A stretch of 64,000 bases of DNA from Oikopleura dioica. Its lineage: Eukaryota > Animalia > Chordata. The DNA lies in NCBI GenBank assembly GCA_907165135.1, contig OU015567.1:9610001-9674000 (forward strand). Direction: 5' to 3'. The notes beneath the pieces are model-generated. The model was not told the origin of the DNA. It searched no databases and saw nothing but the letters and a program-made list of their open reading frames with translations. A program made the position numbers and the translations under genes. This document shows, piece after piece, positions 32,173-43,789 of the stretch (positions are counted from its first letter, which is position 1; each line of letters opens with the position of its first letter).

Positions 32173-33143
32173 AAAGGCCGGGAACTCTGAGTTGATCAAT
32201 CTCAGTTCTGTCCCCAACCCCACCCACACCCATCGCTTTTAAAACTCAAATTATCCTCGTTTTTATTTTAATTATGGTTTTTTTTAAGTTATGAAAATCG
32301 TCATTATTTTTAATTTCAATTATCAATTAAAATCTTGCTTGAGCATTTTTATCGATTATTTTGGTAGACTAACGCTTAGTTTTGCAAATTTGAAAAAATC
32401 TATTTTACCCTTTACGCTGGCGCTTTGCGTGCTCACCCCGTATCATGCGCTCCCCTGCGTGATCGCGCGCCACGCGCTGCATTCAAAATATCGGCAAAAT
32501 TTGCAGTTTTTGTAAATTTCGGACAGAAGCATGAGGTTTTCAAACTTTTTAAAGGGAATTGGAATAAGCTTGTCCCGCCGGTCATCTCAGTATAATTTAT
32601 TTTTTGAAATCGGAATACAACCTGGTGAACACAAAAATCACCATCTTTGACCCTTTATATTTTTCAACCCTTTCATTTTAGAGAGAGTCAAAAAGCAAAA
32701 ATGCTTATTTGAACTACCTCAAAAACATATTAAAAAATAAAAACGATTGGATTAGTATTTCGGGTACTTAATTTTTGTGTACGGACCCTACTTATTGTTA
32801 CGACAGAAAGTGAGAATGGCTCATGGTTTAAGGGCCATGGAAGAGGAGTGTGCGTATGGACGGATGTGGAAGGTCCTGTTGAGGAAGTAAGCGAGTCACG
32901 AAAAGCATATGACATTGAGCCCATCGACTTGACTCCGAACTCGAAAATCCACGCAAAAAATGTATCAAGAAGAAGGCATTTGATGCTATGATGAGGACTC
33001 ATCATTGAAGAGCATTTATTATTAGCTCTTTTAGGGCTATAAATGGCTAAATGGGACGCTACTATCAGCACTTGGTGGTTGGTAGAATTGCTTGTCGTTT
33101 TTATTTTTACAAACATGTATTTTAAAAATTCATTCACGGTCGG

Positions 33144-36100
33144 TTAGACCTCCATCACGGTATCGGAGGCATAACTTGAAAAGGTATCGGAGGAGAAGCG
33201 ATTTTCATTGTGTTTCTTATTATCGTCGTTCTGCTCGGTCAGCTGTGCACTTCCGCTTTCGTCGGTCGCTTCAAACAGATCGTCAAGGCCATCGTCGGCG
33301 AAATCGTCGAACTGGGCGATGTCCTTTTCGAAGGCTGTCGAAAATCGGTCGCAGTCTTGATCAGCGCTAGAAGATTTGAATTTATGATATGGTTAAAAAT
33401 AACTAAGCAAACATCTAAAAAGCGATGACAGATTCACGGGCGGTTTATAGATGGTTATATTTATTGTTTTAAACTTATAGGTTATAGCTGTTTCCGAAGA
33501 TGATTATGACCATAAATGAAACTTTTGATACTCTGACATGTGACAAGAGAAATAAATCTATAAGAGGAAGTCGCTACCAAGAGATCAATAAGCATTTCAT
33601 TGCTCAAATTTATGTGTTACGGGGGTCCAAAATCGTGATCTTGCTTTACAGTTTTCTCAATGTAGGATTGTTATTATCTGACTTACTTCGATAAGAGCTT
33701 GCCAACAAAAACTTGAGGTGGTTTGTTTTCCTTCTGAAGAAACTTTTCACGCCTGGCAGCAACAGTGCCATTCTGTATCACCCTTCTGGTGACGCTGGCT
33801 GGCCCACGTGACCTCATTCGTTTAATGTAATCCAAGTAAGACTCGCTTTTCAAACGCATTGACGCTGCTTCCCGCGAGTTGATAGACTTGAGGCTTGATG
33901 ACGATACAGAGTGAACCGAGGACAGTGACTGCTCGACCTTCTCCTCCTTGATGACGGGAGGAAGGGGTGATGCTTTTTCAACAGCTGACATTTCGGGTTT
34001 TTCCGTGGGTGCTTCGGGGGCACTTATTATTCTTAAAAATGTATCAACGAATAATTCTTTTCAGGGTTCATGGCTGTTATAAGTTATAACTCAACAATTG
34101 CCACACAGTCCGGATCTAAATCCACTAGATTTTACTCAGTTATCATCATCTAGTGAGGGCTCTTTTTCTATAAAAATATCACTATTTTATCAACTTTATG
34201 TGTGGGATGACTAAGTTCGTGGGGACTAGGTTCGTGGGACTAGGTTCGTGGGTGGCTGGCTGGAAAACGTGGTTCGTGGGACTAGGTTCGTGAGTTTTTG
34301 ATTTTATATGTATATTTTTATTTATACTGATTAAGTGTTATTTATATGTATATATTTATTTATATATATTTATATATATGTATTGACGCGCTTTTAAGGT
34401 TGGGGTATTTAAATCTCCCATAAACTTATCTTTAGGCCCGGAGCACCATATATATTTAGAATCAGTAAGAAAAATCTAGAAACTTGACCATAACCGATTC
34501 TCAAAAATCACTTCCGGTAGCGATTCTAGAGCCGGAAGTTGATGAAATTTAGGTGTTAGGGTGAAGTGTGACCTATCAAATTGATGCTAAGACGATTTCC
34601 TATCATTTAAGAAGAGAATCAACACCAACGGAGATCAAACCAACCGGAAAAAACAGAAAAGAATTTCATCATTTTATGTCTTTTTAACATGATTTTACCG
34701 GTGGGTTTGACCACGTTTGAGACTGTTTCTTCTGATATATTTATTATAGGATGACTCAAAATCTTCTGAGCATTAATTTGATAGGTCACACTCTAGCATT
34801 ACTACCAAATTTCATCAACTTCCGGCTCTAGAATCGCTACCGGAAGTGATTTTTGAGAATCGGTTATGGTCAAGTTTCTAGATTTTTCTTACTGATTCTA
34901 AATATATATGGTGTTCCGGGCCTAAAGATAAGTTTATGGGAGATTTAAATACCCCAACCTTAAAAAAAGCGCGTCATTGTAATTATATGATCATATAATA
35001 TAATATTGTTATCTAAATATAGGTTCGGGGTTTTTGATTGGTTAGAATTTTTATTCTATAAGGAAAAATATGTGCGACTAGGTTCGTGGGACTAGGTTCG
35101 TGGGTTTTGAAATTTTTTATAAGGAAAAGGGAGGTGCGACTAGGTTCGTGGGACTAGGTTCGTGGGTTTTGAAATTTTTTATAAGGAAAAGGAGGGTGCG
35201 ACTAGGTTCGTGGGACTAGGTTCGTGAAGACTAGGTTCGTGAAGACTAGGTTCGTGGGACTAGGTTCGTGAAGATTAGGTTCGTGAAGACTAGGTTCGTG
35301 AGACTAGGTTCGTGGGACTAGGTTCAGTTAAAGAGCCTAGCGGCTTATTTTGGGGGTTGGGGGTGGGAAAGTCATTTTTTACCATTCAACTTTACCCAAT
35401 TTTACAACCCACGAACCTAGTCCCACGAACCTAGTCTCACGAACCTAGTCTTCACGAACCTAATCTTCACGAACCTAGTCCCACGAACCTAGTCTTCACG
35501 AACCTAGTCTTCACGAACCTAGTCCCACGAACCTAGTCGCACCCTCCTTTTCCTTATAAAAAAATTTCAAAACCCACGAACCTAGTCCCACGAACCTAGT
35601 CGCACCCTCCTTTTCCTTATAAAAAAATTTCAAAACCCACGAACCTAGTCGCACGAACCTAGTCGCACCCCCTTTTCCTTATAAAAAATTTCGAAACCCA
35701 CGAACCTAGTCCCACGAACCTAGTCGCACCCTCCTTTTCCTTATAAAAAAAATTTCAAAACCCACGAACCTAGTCCCACGAACCTAGTCGCACTCAATTG
35801 TTCCTTATAAAAAAATTTATAATTTTTATAATACTTATGATACTTATAGAAAATATCATTTTCAAAACCCACGAACCTAGCACCCCTACGAACCTAGTCC
35901 CACGAACCTAGTCGCACCACATTGTTCCTTATAGAAAGGAAACCATACCCCATCTTGCATACTTTGGCATAACCACCTACGAACCTAGTCCCACGAACCT
36001 AGTCCCTACGAACTTAGTCATCAATCCCAACTTTGTGGGTTCTAAAAAAAATAATACTAACCTTTCCCGACTTTTCAAATTCTCTTTTGAGAAGCTTTGA

Positions 36101-36894
36101 GAGATTGACTCGAGCTAATAAAGGATGATTTTGTTTCTGTTGGGTTTTTGTGGCTCAGCAAGCGTGACGGTTCAGAATCCTTCTCCCCTTTGAAAGTAGG
36201 CATCCTCATGTCAGCCAGGTTGAAATCGATCGCTTCGTGGTTTTCCGCCTAGTTTAAATTGTGATGAAGCGATCCAATTTGATGATTTCAAGTGTTTTTG
36301 AGTTGGAGTATTTCCGGAAGGGTAATTCCCTTCCTTTCCGGAGCAATTTTGGATTACCTTAGTTGCTGTGTAGTCGATGGACTCTTTTCGCCGAGGCCTT
36401 ATTTTTGAGTTTTCGACATTTGACATTATTAGTTACATCATAGGAGCCTTCTGAGAGCGCAAAAGTCACGAAGGATTAGGCGGAAATTATCCGATCGTAA
36501 ACGTCAACCGCCATTTTCAGAAGATGTCAGACCAAAAGGAACCATTTTAATAGCTCTATAGGTTAAGCGCGATGCTACAGTTTATCAATTGGTCTCTCGG
36601 CAACATGGTGGGTTGGTAATTTATGTCGAGATATCATAAAGGAGGATTAGGGCTGCTATTTTTAAAAATTGAACTCTTCCTTGATTTCGATCGGGCGCGT
36701 GTTTTGATCTTCTCAAAAAGCTGCGGCAAGCTTGCTAGAATTTTCTCAATTAAAAACGATCGCTTTTTCAAAAGTACCTCTTCTTCCGAGTGGCATTTTC
36801 GATCGATCTTCTCGGCCTTGAAATTTTCTTCAAATTTGTTATTGTTAATCCGCCCTATTCTTCGATATCGTTCTCTATCCAGCTCGTCAAACAA
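33144..36894 (-). CDS. Unknown multi-exon protein whose large intron holds the foldback element; 5' end uncertain
   Basis: Exon ...KENLKSRE(R)|gttag near 36060 joins in frame to taag|A IISAPEAPTEKPEMSAVEK (ORF 33683-33991). The last exon is SADQDCDRFSTAFEKDIAQFDDF...DTVMEV*. Upstream ORFs lie at 36211-36426 and 36634-36894. Confidence 0.45.
34204..36028. mobile_element. Foldback (FB/Mutator-like) non-autonomous element built from tandem ACTAGGTTCGTGGG modules
   Basis: Termini GGGATGACTAAGTTCGT.GGGACTAGGTTCG on the left and the reverse complement on the right (4-nt indel). Plus-oriented 14-15 bp arrays at 34210-34295 and 35075-35325 face minus-oriented arrays at 35407-36020 across a spacer of about 80 bp. 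Confidence 0.75.
34384..34976. mobile_element. Palindromic MITE (about 590 bp) nested in the foldback element
   Basis: TGACGCGCTTTT-AAGGTTGGGGTATTTAAATCTCCCATAAAC... matches the reverse complement at 34780-34976 almost perfectly over about 200 bp. TSD not clear. Confidence 0.8.
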
Positions 36895-37475
36895 AGTCGT
36901 GATTTCGAATTTTGATTCAAGAATTATTGTTTAAAAATGTTTAAATCGATAACGAACGAAGGCTATTATCTAACGTGTGTGCTCGCAAACAGAATACGAA
37001 AGAAAGGAAAACGATAAATACGTCCGGGTGATCATCAAAAGCAACTTGGCGCCATAACTTGGACTCGGCCGCCCCCAACGTTGAGAACCAATTTTTGAAC
37101 AAGATTGCGCCCGGAAATCATTTTACTTTCAAGGACTCGTTTTAGGATGCCGTAAATTGGTTATTCTGAGACTGGACTCTTCCCAGACCGATTCATGCTC
37201 ATATACCGGGGCGAAAACGTAAATTTTCAAAACCACAGGCTATAATTATTTCCAAAAGGATCTCACAAAGTAACTGACGTCAGAAGATAATTTTTAAGTG
37301 GGACTGAGAACTTTACCAATCATATTTTTATTAATATTAACATGCTTTTCATCATCAATTTTGATAAATCATCGATTCAGTTCGGTTTTGAATTCTGACA
37401 CATTTTAACTTCGAGCACCATTTTCTAGAACACCTTCTATGTTTTGAAAAGATCTTTTTTGAAAATCAGTTCAGG

Positions 37476-39237
37476 ATGGAAGCGCAAAGGAACGGTGCCG
37501 CATCCAGTCCTTTTCAACCTGTGCGCGAATCGATTGACTGGCTCGAGCAGGTCAAGGCCGAGCGAGCCAAAGCACTCGAGGTATATAATCACAGTTAATA
37601 AGTTTATGTAGGATTCTTTAGATCCGCCGCGCGGAAAGAAAGAAACCAGTATATGATCAATCGACGTATGCGACGAGAACATATGGCAGCGTTATTCCAG
37701 AACTGCGAGCAGAGATCGCCAAGATTGGAATGGATCCAAAGGAAGATCCAGAAAGGTTTACATTAAAAAACGCCCTCATTTAACGGTGCTTTAGTGAAAG
37801 TGCTCAAATTCAATTCCGCATTGACGAGGCTAATTTGAATAGTTACCGCGAGAAGCTCGATCAGAGGTGAGATTTAATGATCGAGGCTTCTTTTGATCTT
37901 CCCTTGTTCAGGTCACGCATCAGCCGCTACGAACTGCTGGCGGATAAGCGTAGGATCTTCCATCGTCAATTTGGGATACTCAGCAAGAAAGCAGCCATCA
38001 AGCAGATTACGGAGCGCGCTGATGTCGCAGAAAAGGTAAGTCTTATTACTAATAAGTTATTAGAACAGAGATGTTCAAGATTGACAATCTTAGATTGTCG
38101 ACTAAAAGCAAATTTTAGGAAGCTGATGACCGAGAAAAGCGACTCGAGGCAGAAACTATAGCTTTTGATGAGCACTTGCACGACGCCAATGCTGCGGCGA
38201 TCTCTGCAATGCAAGAAGCAGATGAAATGTCGCGCCAACATCGTCGCAAAAACGCCGAAATCAAGAAGATGACTGGGCAAATCGCTGAGATCCGAGCGGA
38301 AATCTGCCGCATGGAAGACAAATTCAGGGTCAAGGATGAGATTAAGCAGTTTGTCAATTTGGTACATCACAATACGTCCACGAGCGACAACAAGCCCATT
38401 CGCATGAATTCTGAGGATTGGAATGCCGCCTGGAACACGATTTACTCGACGCGAGATGGGAATCCCTTCAGTCCATCTACGGGTGTGGCTTTGATGCTGG
38501 AGCGAATCGATGAGCTGGAAACGCGCAATTTGTCCTTGATTGGGCACTTTCAGCACTCTGAGGAGGAATTCGACGAGATCAAAAAGGTCTTTGAAAAGAC
38601 AGAGCAGCGTCTCGAGAAGCAGATTCAAGACTTACAGGTAAAACTGACCATTATTTGGATATTAATTTGCATTTCAGGAACACATGGAAATGATGGAATC
38701 AACGGCAGAACGATTCACCAATCGATCTGAAGAGCTTGAATTCTACTGCAACATGTTTGGCGGCGCCGCGGGCTTTGAAGACCAAGATGCTCAACTAGCG
38801 ATCTTTGAAAAAGTGATTGCTGGAGTTTACGCTGATACAACAGGCCAGAAGTCGCTGGAGATCACGATTGATGCACTTTCCATGCTGACCTTTATCGAGA
38901 CGCGGCTCGAGGACTTGATTGAGATTGAAGATAGACTTCCGCCTGCGAGAGTTAAAGCCGAACAAAACGAAAGGTAACTCTTCATGATCCTCAGCATTCT
39001 CATGACTCTTTCAGAGACAAGCAACGACGAATCCAAGCTCGAGAGCAAATGCAAAAAGAAAGTGAAGAAAAGCAGCGCGAGCGAGCTGAACGCGCCAAGA
39101 ATCGCAACGCCACCGATATGCTCAAGCGAATCGGCCGAAAGTTGAACCAGCGATCTCGTCCTCCAAACAGGCGCCAAAATCTTACTGTAGAAGTACTTGA
39201 AGAAGATCCAGATGCAGAGTTCTTCAGATATGACTAA
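37476..39237 (+). CDS. CFAP100: Cilia/flagella-associated coiled-coil protein, CFAP100 (CCDC37)/CCDC38 family
   Basis: Spliced segments LADKRRIFHRQFGILSKKAAIKQI, EKRLEAETIAFDEHLHDANAAAISAMQEADE...EIKKMTGQIAEIRAEICRMED and ELETRNLSLIGHFQHSEEEFDEI match the recalled DUF4200/CCDC37 pattern. CCDC37 versus CCDC38 cannot be resolved by eye. Confidence 0.75.
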
Positions 39238-39710
39238 ATTTGACTGTGATAAATAACTGCGGTAGCTCACGAAATAAACGTCCATTATTTTGTAAACAAA
39301 TTTCGAATCAACCCACCAAAATGCAACTTTTCACTTCCAAAAGTTGCAATTTGAAGTCTCCGTTTCTTAATCATTCTAGCACCAAGACAATTAGTGGAGA
39401 CAAAATAGAATGCTTAGATCTTGCCCCCGGCAGAAATTCAAGTTTTTTCTGAAGATCAGCTTCTAAACGTTAGTAGCTAACTGGTCCTCAAAAATCTAAT
39501 TTTTAAAAGGTTAACCTGTTTCATCAATAAGTTTATGTAAGAACTACTGCCGCCGTCGTGAACAACAGTCATCGGACCGGATTGCACCGGCTGTAACCGC
39601 CCTCGCTTGTCATAGGTCTGAGCTCCACGGACCTCATGCAAGTAATTTTGCCAGCAGCCATTTGCCAGCGATTCACACATTATACGACTTCTAAATCAAT
39701 ATAGAGTAAT

Positions 39711-41667
39711 ATGAAGATTGTGAATAAAGAGACCATCGGCAGTTCGAGAAAAGTCCTACAAGCCTCTTATATTTCGTTTTTACTGCTTGTCGCTGGATAT
39801 TGTATTTTGTCAAGTGCTTTGGAAAAGAGCGAATCTGTTCAAGATTATCGAGTCTCCCGAGATCTCAAACTTCTAGACGACCTCAGAAGTCTGAAGGATG
39901 AAATTCATAGATCACAAAACAAGCGAAAAAGTGAGGCTCAAGCAATTATTGAATTACAACTGCTTGACGATCTGAAATCACAAAGTAAAGAAGAAATTCT
40001 CCCAAAAAGTCCACCGAAAACACCGATTCCGAATCCATGTCTTCCCGAAAAGCGATCTATTTTACCAAAAGAGGTTCCACTTTTGGACAGAATCGGTGAA
40101 TACGGGATTGATTCTTGCAAGAGAAGAGAATCGATTTACTTTTTGAAAACGTCGAAGACCGGGAGTACCACTTTTGCGAACATTTTACAGCGATTTGGTT
40201 TTGCTAGAGAAGGAACAAACTTTCTCTTCGGGGAACAGACGAATGGAGCTCTGGTGAGAATAGAGTGGGAGCTCGATAACTCACTTCGAACGATTTAGTT
40301 CTTTATAAATGGCTACATGCCGTTTAACGAAGACCAGTGTTATCTAGGCAGAGACTTGGTGGAACGTCCGAAATTTGATATTTCTTATGTCCACATGAGG
40401 TTCATTGACATTGAAAGTCACATGATTTATCAATCATTTGATGCATTTCGAAGCATTAAACACTAAGGTATATTATATTTTTGTATAATATATTAATTTT
40501 TGATTAAATTCTCTTCGTTTACTTTTTCAAAGTATCACAGTACTATTATAGATACAACAAAACAGCAGTAGATCACTTGATGAAGAAGGATGTCTTCAAA
40601 GTCAGCATTCTTCGTGATCCTTTAACCAACTTCATCTCCGGCTGGAAGTACTACAATGGTCTTATTGAAAGGATGAGAAAAGCAATCCGCAAGGATTTCT
40701 TCCCGCGAGACAATGGTATTGACGATCCAAGAGCAGATTTCATCGGAGAAATGAATCAGTTTCTAAAGATGCCTTGGGAGTACCTAAAGAACTTCCCTTA
40801 TGCTCACTCTGCGTACTATTTCGCGGTTAATCCTCAGTTCCTCTTCTTTGGCTACCCTTCATATCTTCTCAACATGAGCTACCAAAAAGCCGCAGATCTC
40901 GTCGACCAGTGGTTGGAAGAAATCAGCGAAGAATTCGACCACATTTTGATTCTTGAAGATTTGGACAGATCACTTGCAATCTTGATGCTGAAACTGTGCT
41001 GGTCAATAGAAGACGTCATGCATCTGAAACTTAATAGTATGCGGCAGATGAAGAGAACACTCAGCGAAGCTTCAAAGCGAAATCTTCGCGAATTCAATTG
41101 GGCTGACCAGAGACTCTATGATTTTTTCAGGAGAAAACATGAAAGAGAAGGTACTTTGAGAGCTCAGATTTTTGATCATTATTGGTTTCAGTTCAGCAAA
41201 TTGGCAAAGAGAAGATCGACGTTATTGTAGAGAAAATACGTGCAGCTACGAAAAGAATCACAGAAGAATGCTTGGATACAGACACAAATCAGCATTATGC
41301 GCCCGATTCAATAAGAGATCCTGTTTTAAAGCCAGAAAAACAATCGAATCAAACTTGCTACTTGATGACTGTTGATGCATCAGACTACCTGATAGTCGAT
41401 CAAATTGAAAGGTGGAAAGAACAATATCCAGATTGGAGAGGAGACGATGGAGACTTCCCAAGTTGCAAAAAAAGTATGACTTTTTTATATGAATAAAACA
41501 GGCGGAAGAATAATAATTAAGAATTCAACGAAGAAATAAACTCCACCAAAGAATGGTATCAAGACTTTCTCACTTGGGAAACGAACGAATTCGACTTAAG
41601 AAATTCTGTTCCACTTTATTTGCAAAACCTTCAAGCCCAGAACTTTACATATGCATATGAAAACTAA
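39711..41667 (+). CDS. Galactose-3-O-sulfotransferase family, type II Golgi membrane protein, 5 exons
   Basis: TM segment SYISFLLLVAGYCIL, 5'-PSB YFLKTSKTGSTTFANILQRFG, 3'-PB SILRDPLTNFISGWKYY, and FDHILILEDLDRSLAILMLKLCWSIEDV. A last exon (aag|FNEEINSTKEW...YAYEN*) is joined through AAAA|gtatga. Confidence 0.88.
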
Positions 41668-42004
41668 TAAATTTTACATTCGAAAACTTTATTAGAATTT
41701 GTTGGTTTGCTTATTTCGAAATGAGATTAATGAGAATATTAGTATCGACGGAAGAGATGGTAGATACAGAGGTAGTTTTCTCGCTAATTAATCTTTCTTT
41801 CTGCGCCTTTTTCAAAACGCGCTCGATAGAGGGCGCAATTTCTTAAGTGACAACGCCCGTCAGCCGCTCTTTGCTGTAAATCTCTTTTCCCCATGAAAGC
41901 TTGATAAAATATTTATGATAATAAAAATTAATCTGACTGGACTCCTAACCAGAGACCTGGAGATCTCTTTACTCTCAAGCTTTTTCATTTATCCGTGAAA
42001 CGGC

Positions 42005-42144
42005 CAGGGTTTGAAAAATTTTTGGCTCAGCGACTGAGCACGGCGTGCTCAAATTTCCGCTGAGCCTGAGCACGATTGAGTATCGATTGGAGTGCTCATG
42101 CTCAGTGCTCTGAGCATGCTCATGCTCAGACTTTTCAAACCCTG
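42005..42144. mobile_element. hAT-like MITE (140 bp)
   Basis: TIRs CAGGGTTTGAAAA / TTTTCAAACCCTG. The 8-bp flanks GAAACGGC (left) and GAAACGTC (right) are 7/8 identical, and the interior has TGAGCA/TGCTCA repeats. Confidence 0.8.
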
Positions 42145-43789
42145 GAAACGTCACCTGAAAATCATTCAAGAAAGGTAAGAACGGAAAATGTTTCCCTTCT
42201 TCTTTTAAAAAATCAGTTTGCTCATTTTAATCCCATCATAGTTACGCTAGAGTCTTTTAAGAAGATATTTGTTGAGCTAGAAGCATGTCAATCCGTGCTT
42301 AACATTCCAATAAAAGAAACAGATGTCTACTGGCACTGTAGTATCTCTACAGCTCAGTAAATAGCAAAAGCTATTTGTCCGAATTTCTTTTCTTTGCGGC
42401 ATGATAGGCAGGTCGTATTAGCGCTGTTTGCTGGAAAGTATTGCTGAGTCAATAAAAAGCGGAAAAAGGGCGACGACCTCTTTCGTCTCCGTTCGCATGG
42501 CTTTTTCATTTGGTGGACTCGTGACGCGAAAACGATAAAATTGAATGTTCATTTACCTTGAAAATGGTAACATAGTTACTGGGCGGAAAAAAGACCTTCA
42601 TGAATTGTTTGAATTCAGTAGAGTAGCGACAGTTGGCAGAAAACCAATTTTATGTCTATTTTACTTATCTAATGAGCGTTATCACTTGCTGGACAAACTT
42701 ATGTAAACAGATGCAAATCTGAAACAGTAAACTGCTTTAACTCGAAACATTTGATAAAACAACTCCTGACTGAAAGTTTTATAACACGAATAAAATGATT
42801 TCAAAATTAAAAAGCTTTCTGTTGCCTTAAAGGTCGATCGCTGACCGATCTCTATCCATAACTACAGTGTAAATACAAAAACGTAGGAGCTGTTAGTGAA
42901 ATTTAGTATTCCAGCCACCTTTCAGAAGAGACACCCATCTTCATGGGCACGAATAAAGTAGAGAAAAGGATTCCAATCAGAAAACAATTAATTTACAAAC
43001 CCTAATGCACTTCAATTAAAAAAGTCTCATATTTGTGTGCATAAAAATAAACTAAACTTATTTCAAAAATTAAAGTTAAAAAATATCTGTCAATGTATTT
43101 TGAGCAACATTCGCGAAAACAAAAACTAATTATTGGTTACTGCGCGATAGCAAAAACCAAAGTCCTTCCAGAACAGAGATCTACGTATTCTAAGTCAACA
43201 GACAAACATCACCATCACCAGGCATAGCCGTCGATGACCTTTTCAAAATTTGTCCTAGGAACTTCGTAAGGATATTCAGCTTGGACTAGGGGGTTTACAA
43301 CTGTCTCATATCATCATATCTTCTCACCTGCATCAATTATATGGATAGACAAGCATTTATAAAAAGTCGGGCCATTGAGCTTCTGGTCAGACTGTAGTCA
43401 CTGTAAGACAAAATCTATAGCATCGAATAATCATCTGACAACAGAAAAGGTCAACGTCTTATTCAACTGTACGTCTTACTGTATCCGAATCACGAATTTG
43501 ATCATGAAGTTTTTAACGAATGTTGAACTAGAACTGATTGGACAGCGCCTTGCATAAACTGAATTTTATCACCCTAAACTTTGGAAAAGTGAACGACCTT
43601 TTATACGTCAAGGAGTCTGGTTAGTAGAACGTTAATGATTACTTCTCAAAGCAAACAAAATATTTCGATGAAGCGGCACACAACCAAAGTCAAATTAGCG
43701 AGCAGCATTCCACTTGCTCACGAACATACAGAATAATAAACCAGAATTGATAATTTTTTTGAGAGCTGGAAAGGAAAAGAGTTTTCTGA

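Noticed and set aside
32730-33137. 135-aa minus ORF and coding-like plus frame next to the satellite
   Set aside because: The plus frame has stops, no splice-consistent model or motif was found, and it may be the 3' UTR of the 33144-36894 gene.
37966-38628. 220-aa minus-strand ORF
   Set aside because: It is antisense to the well-supported CFAP100 exons and has no recognisable motifs.
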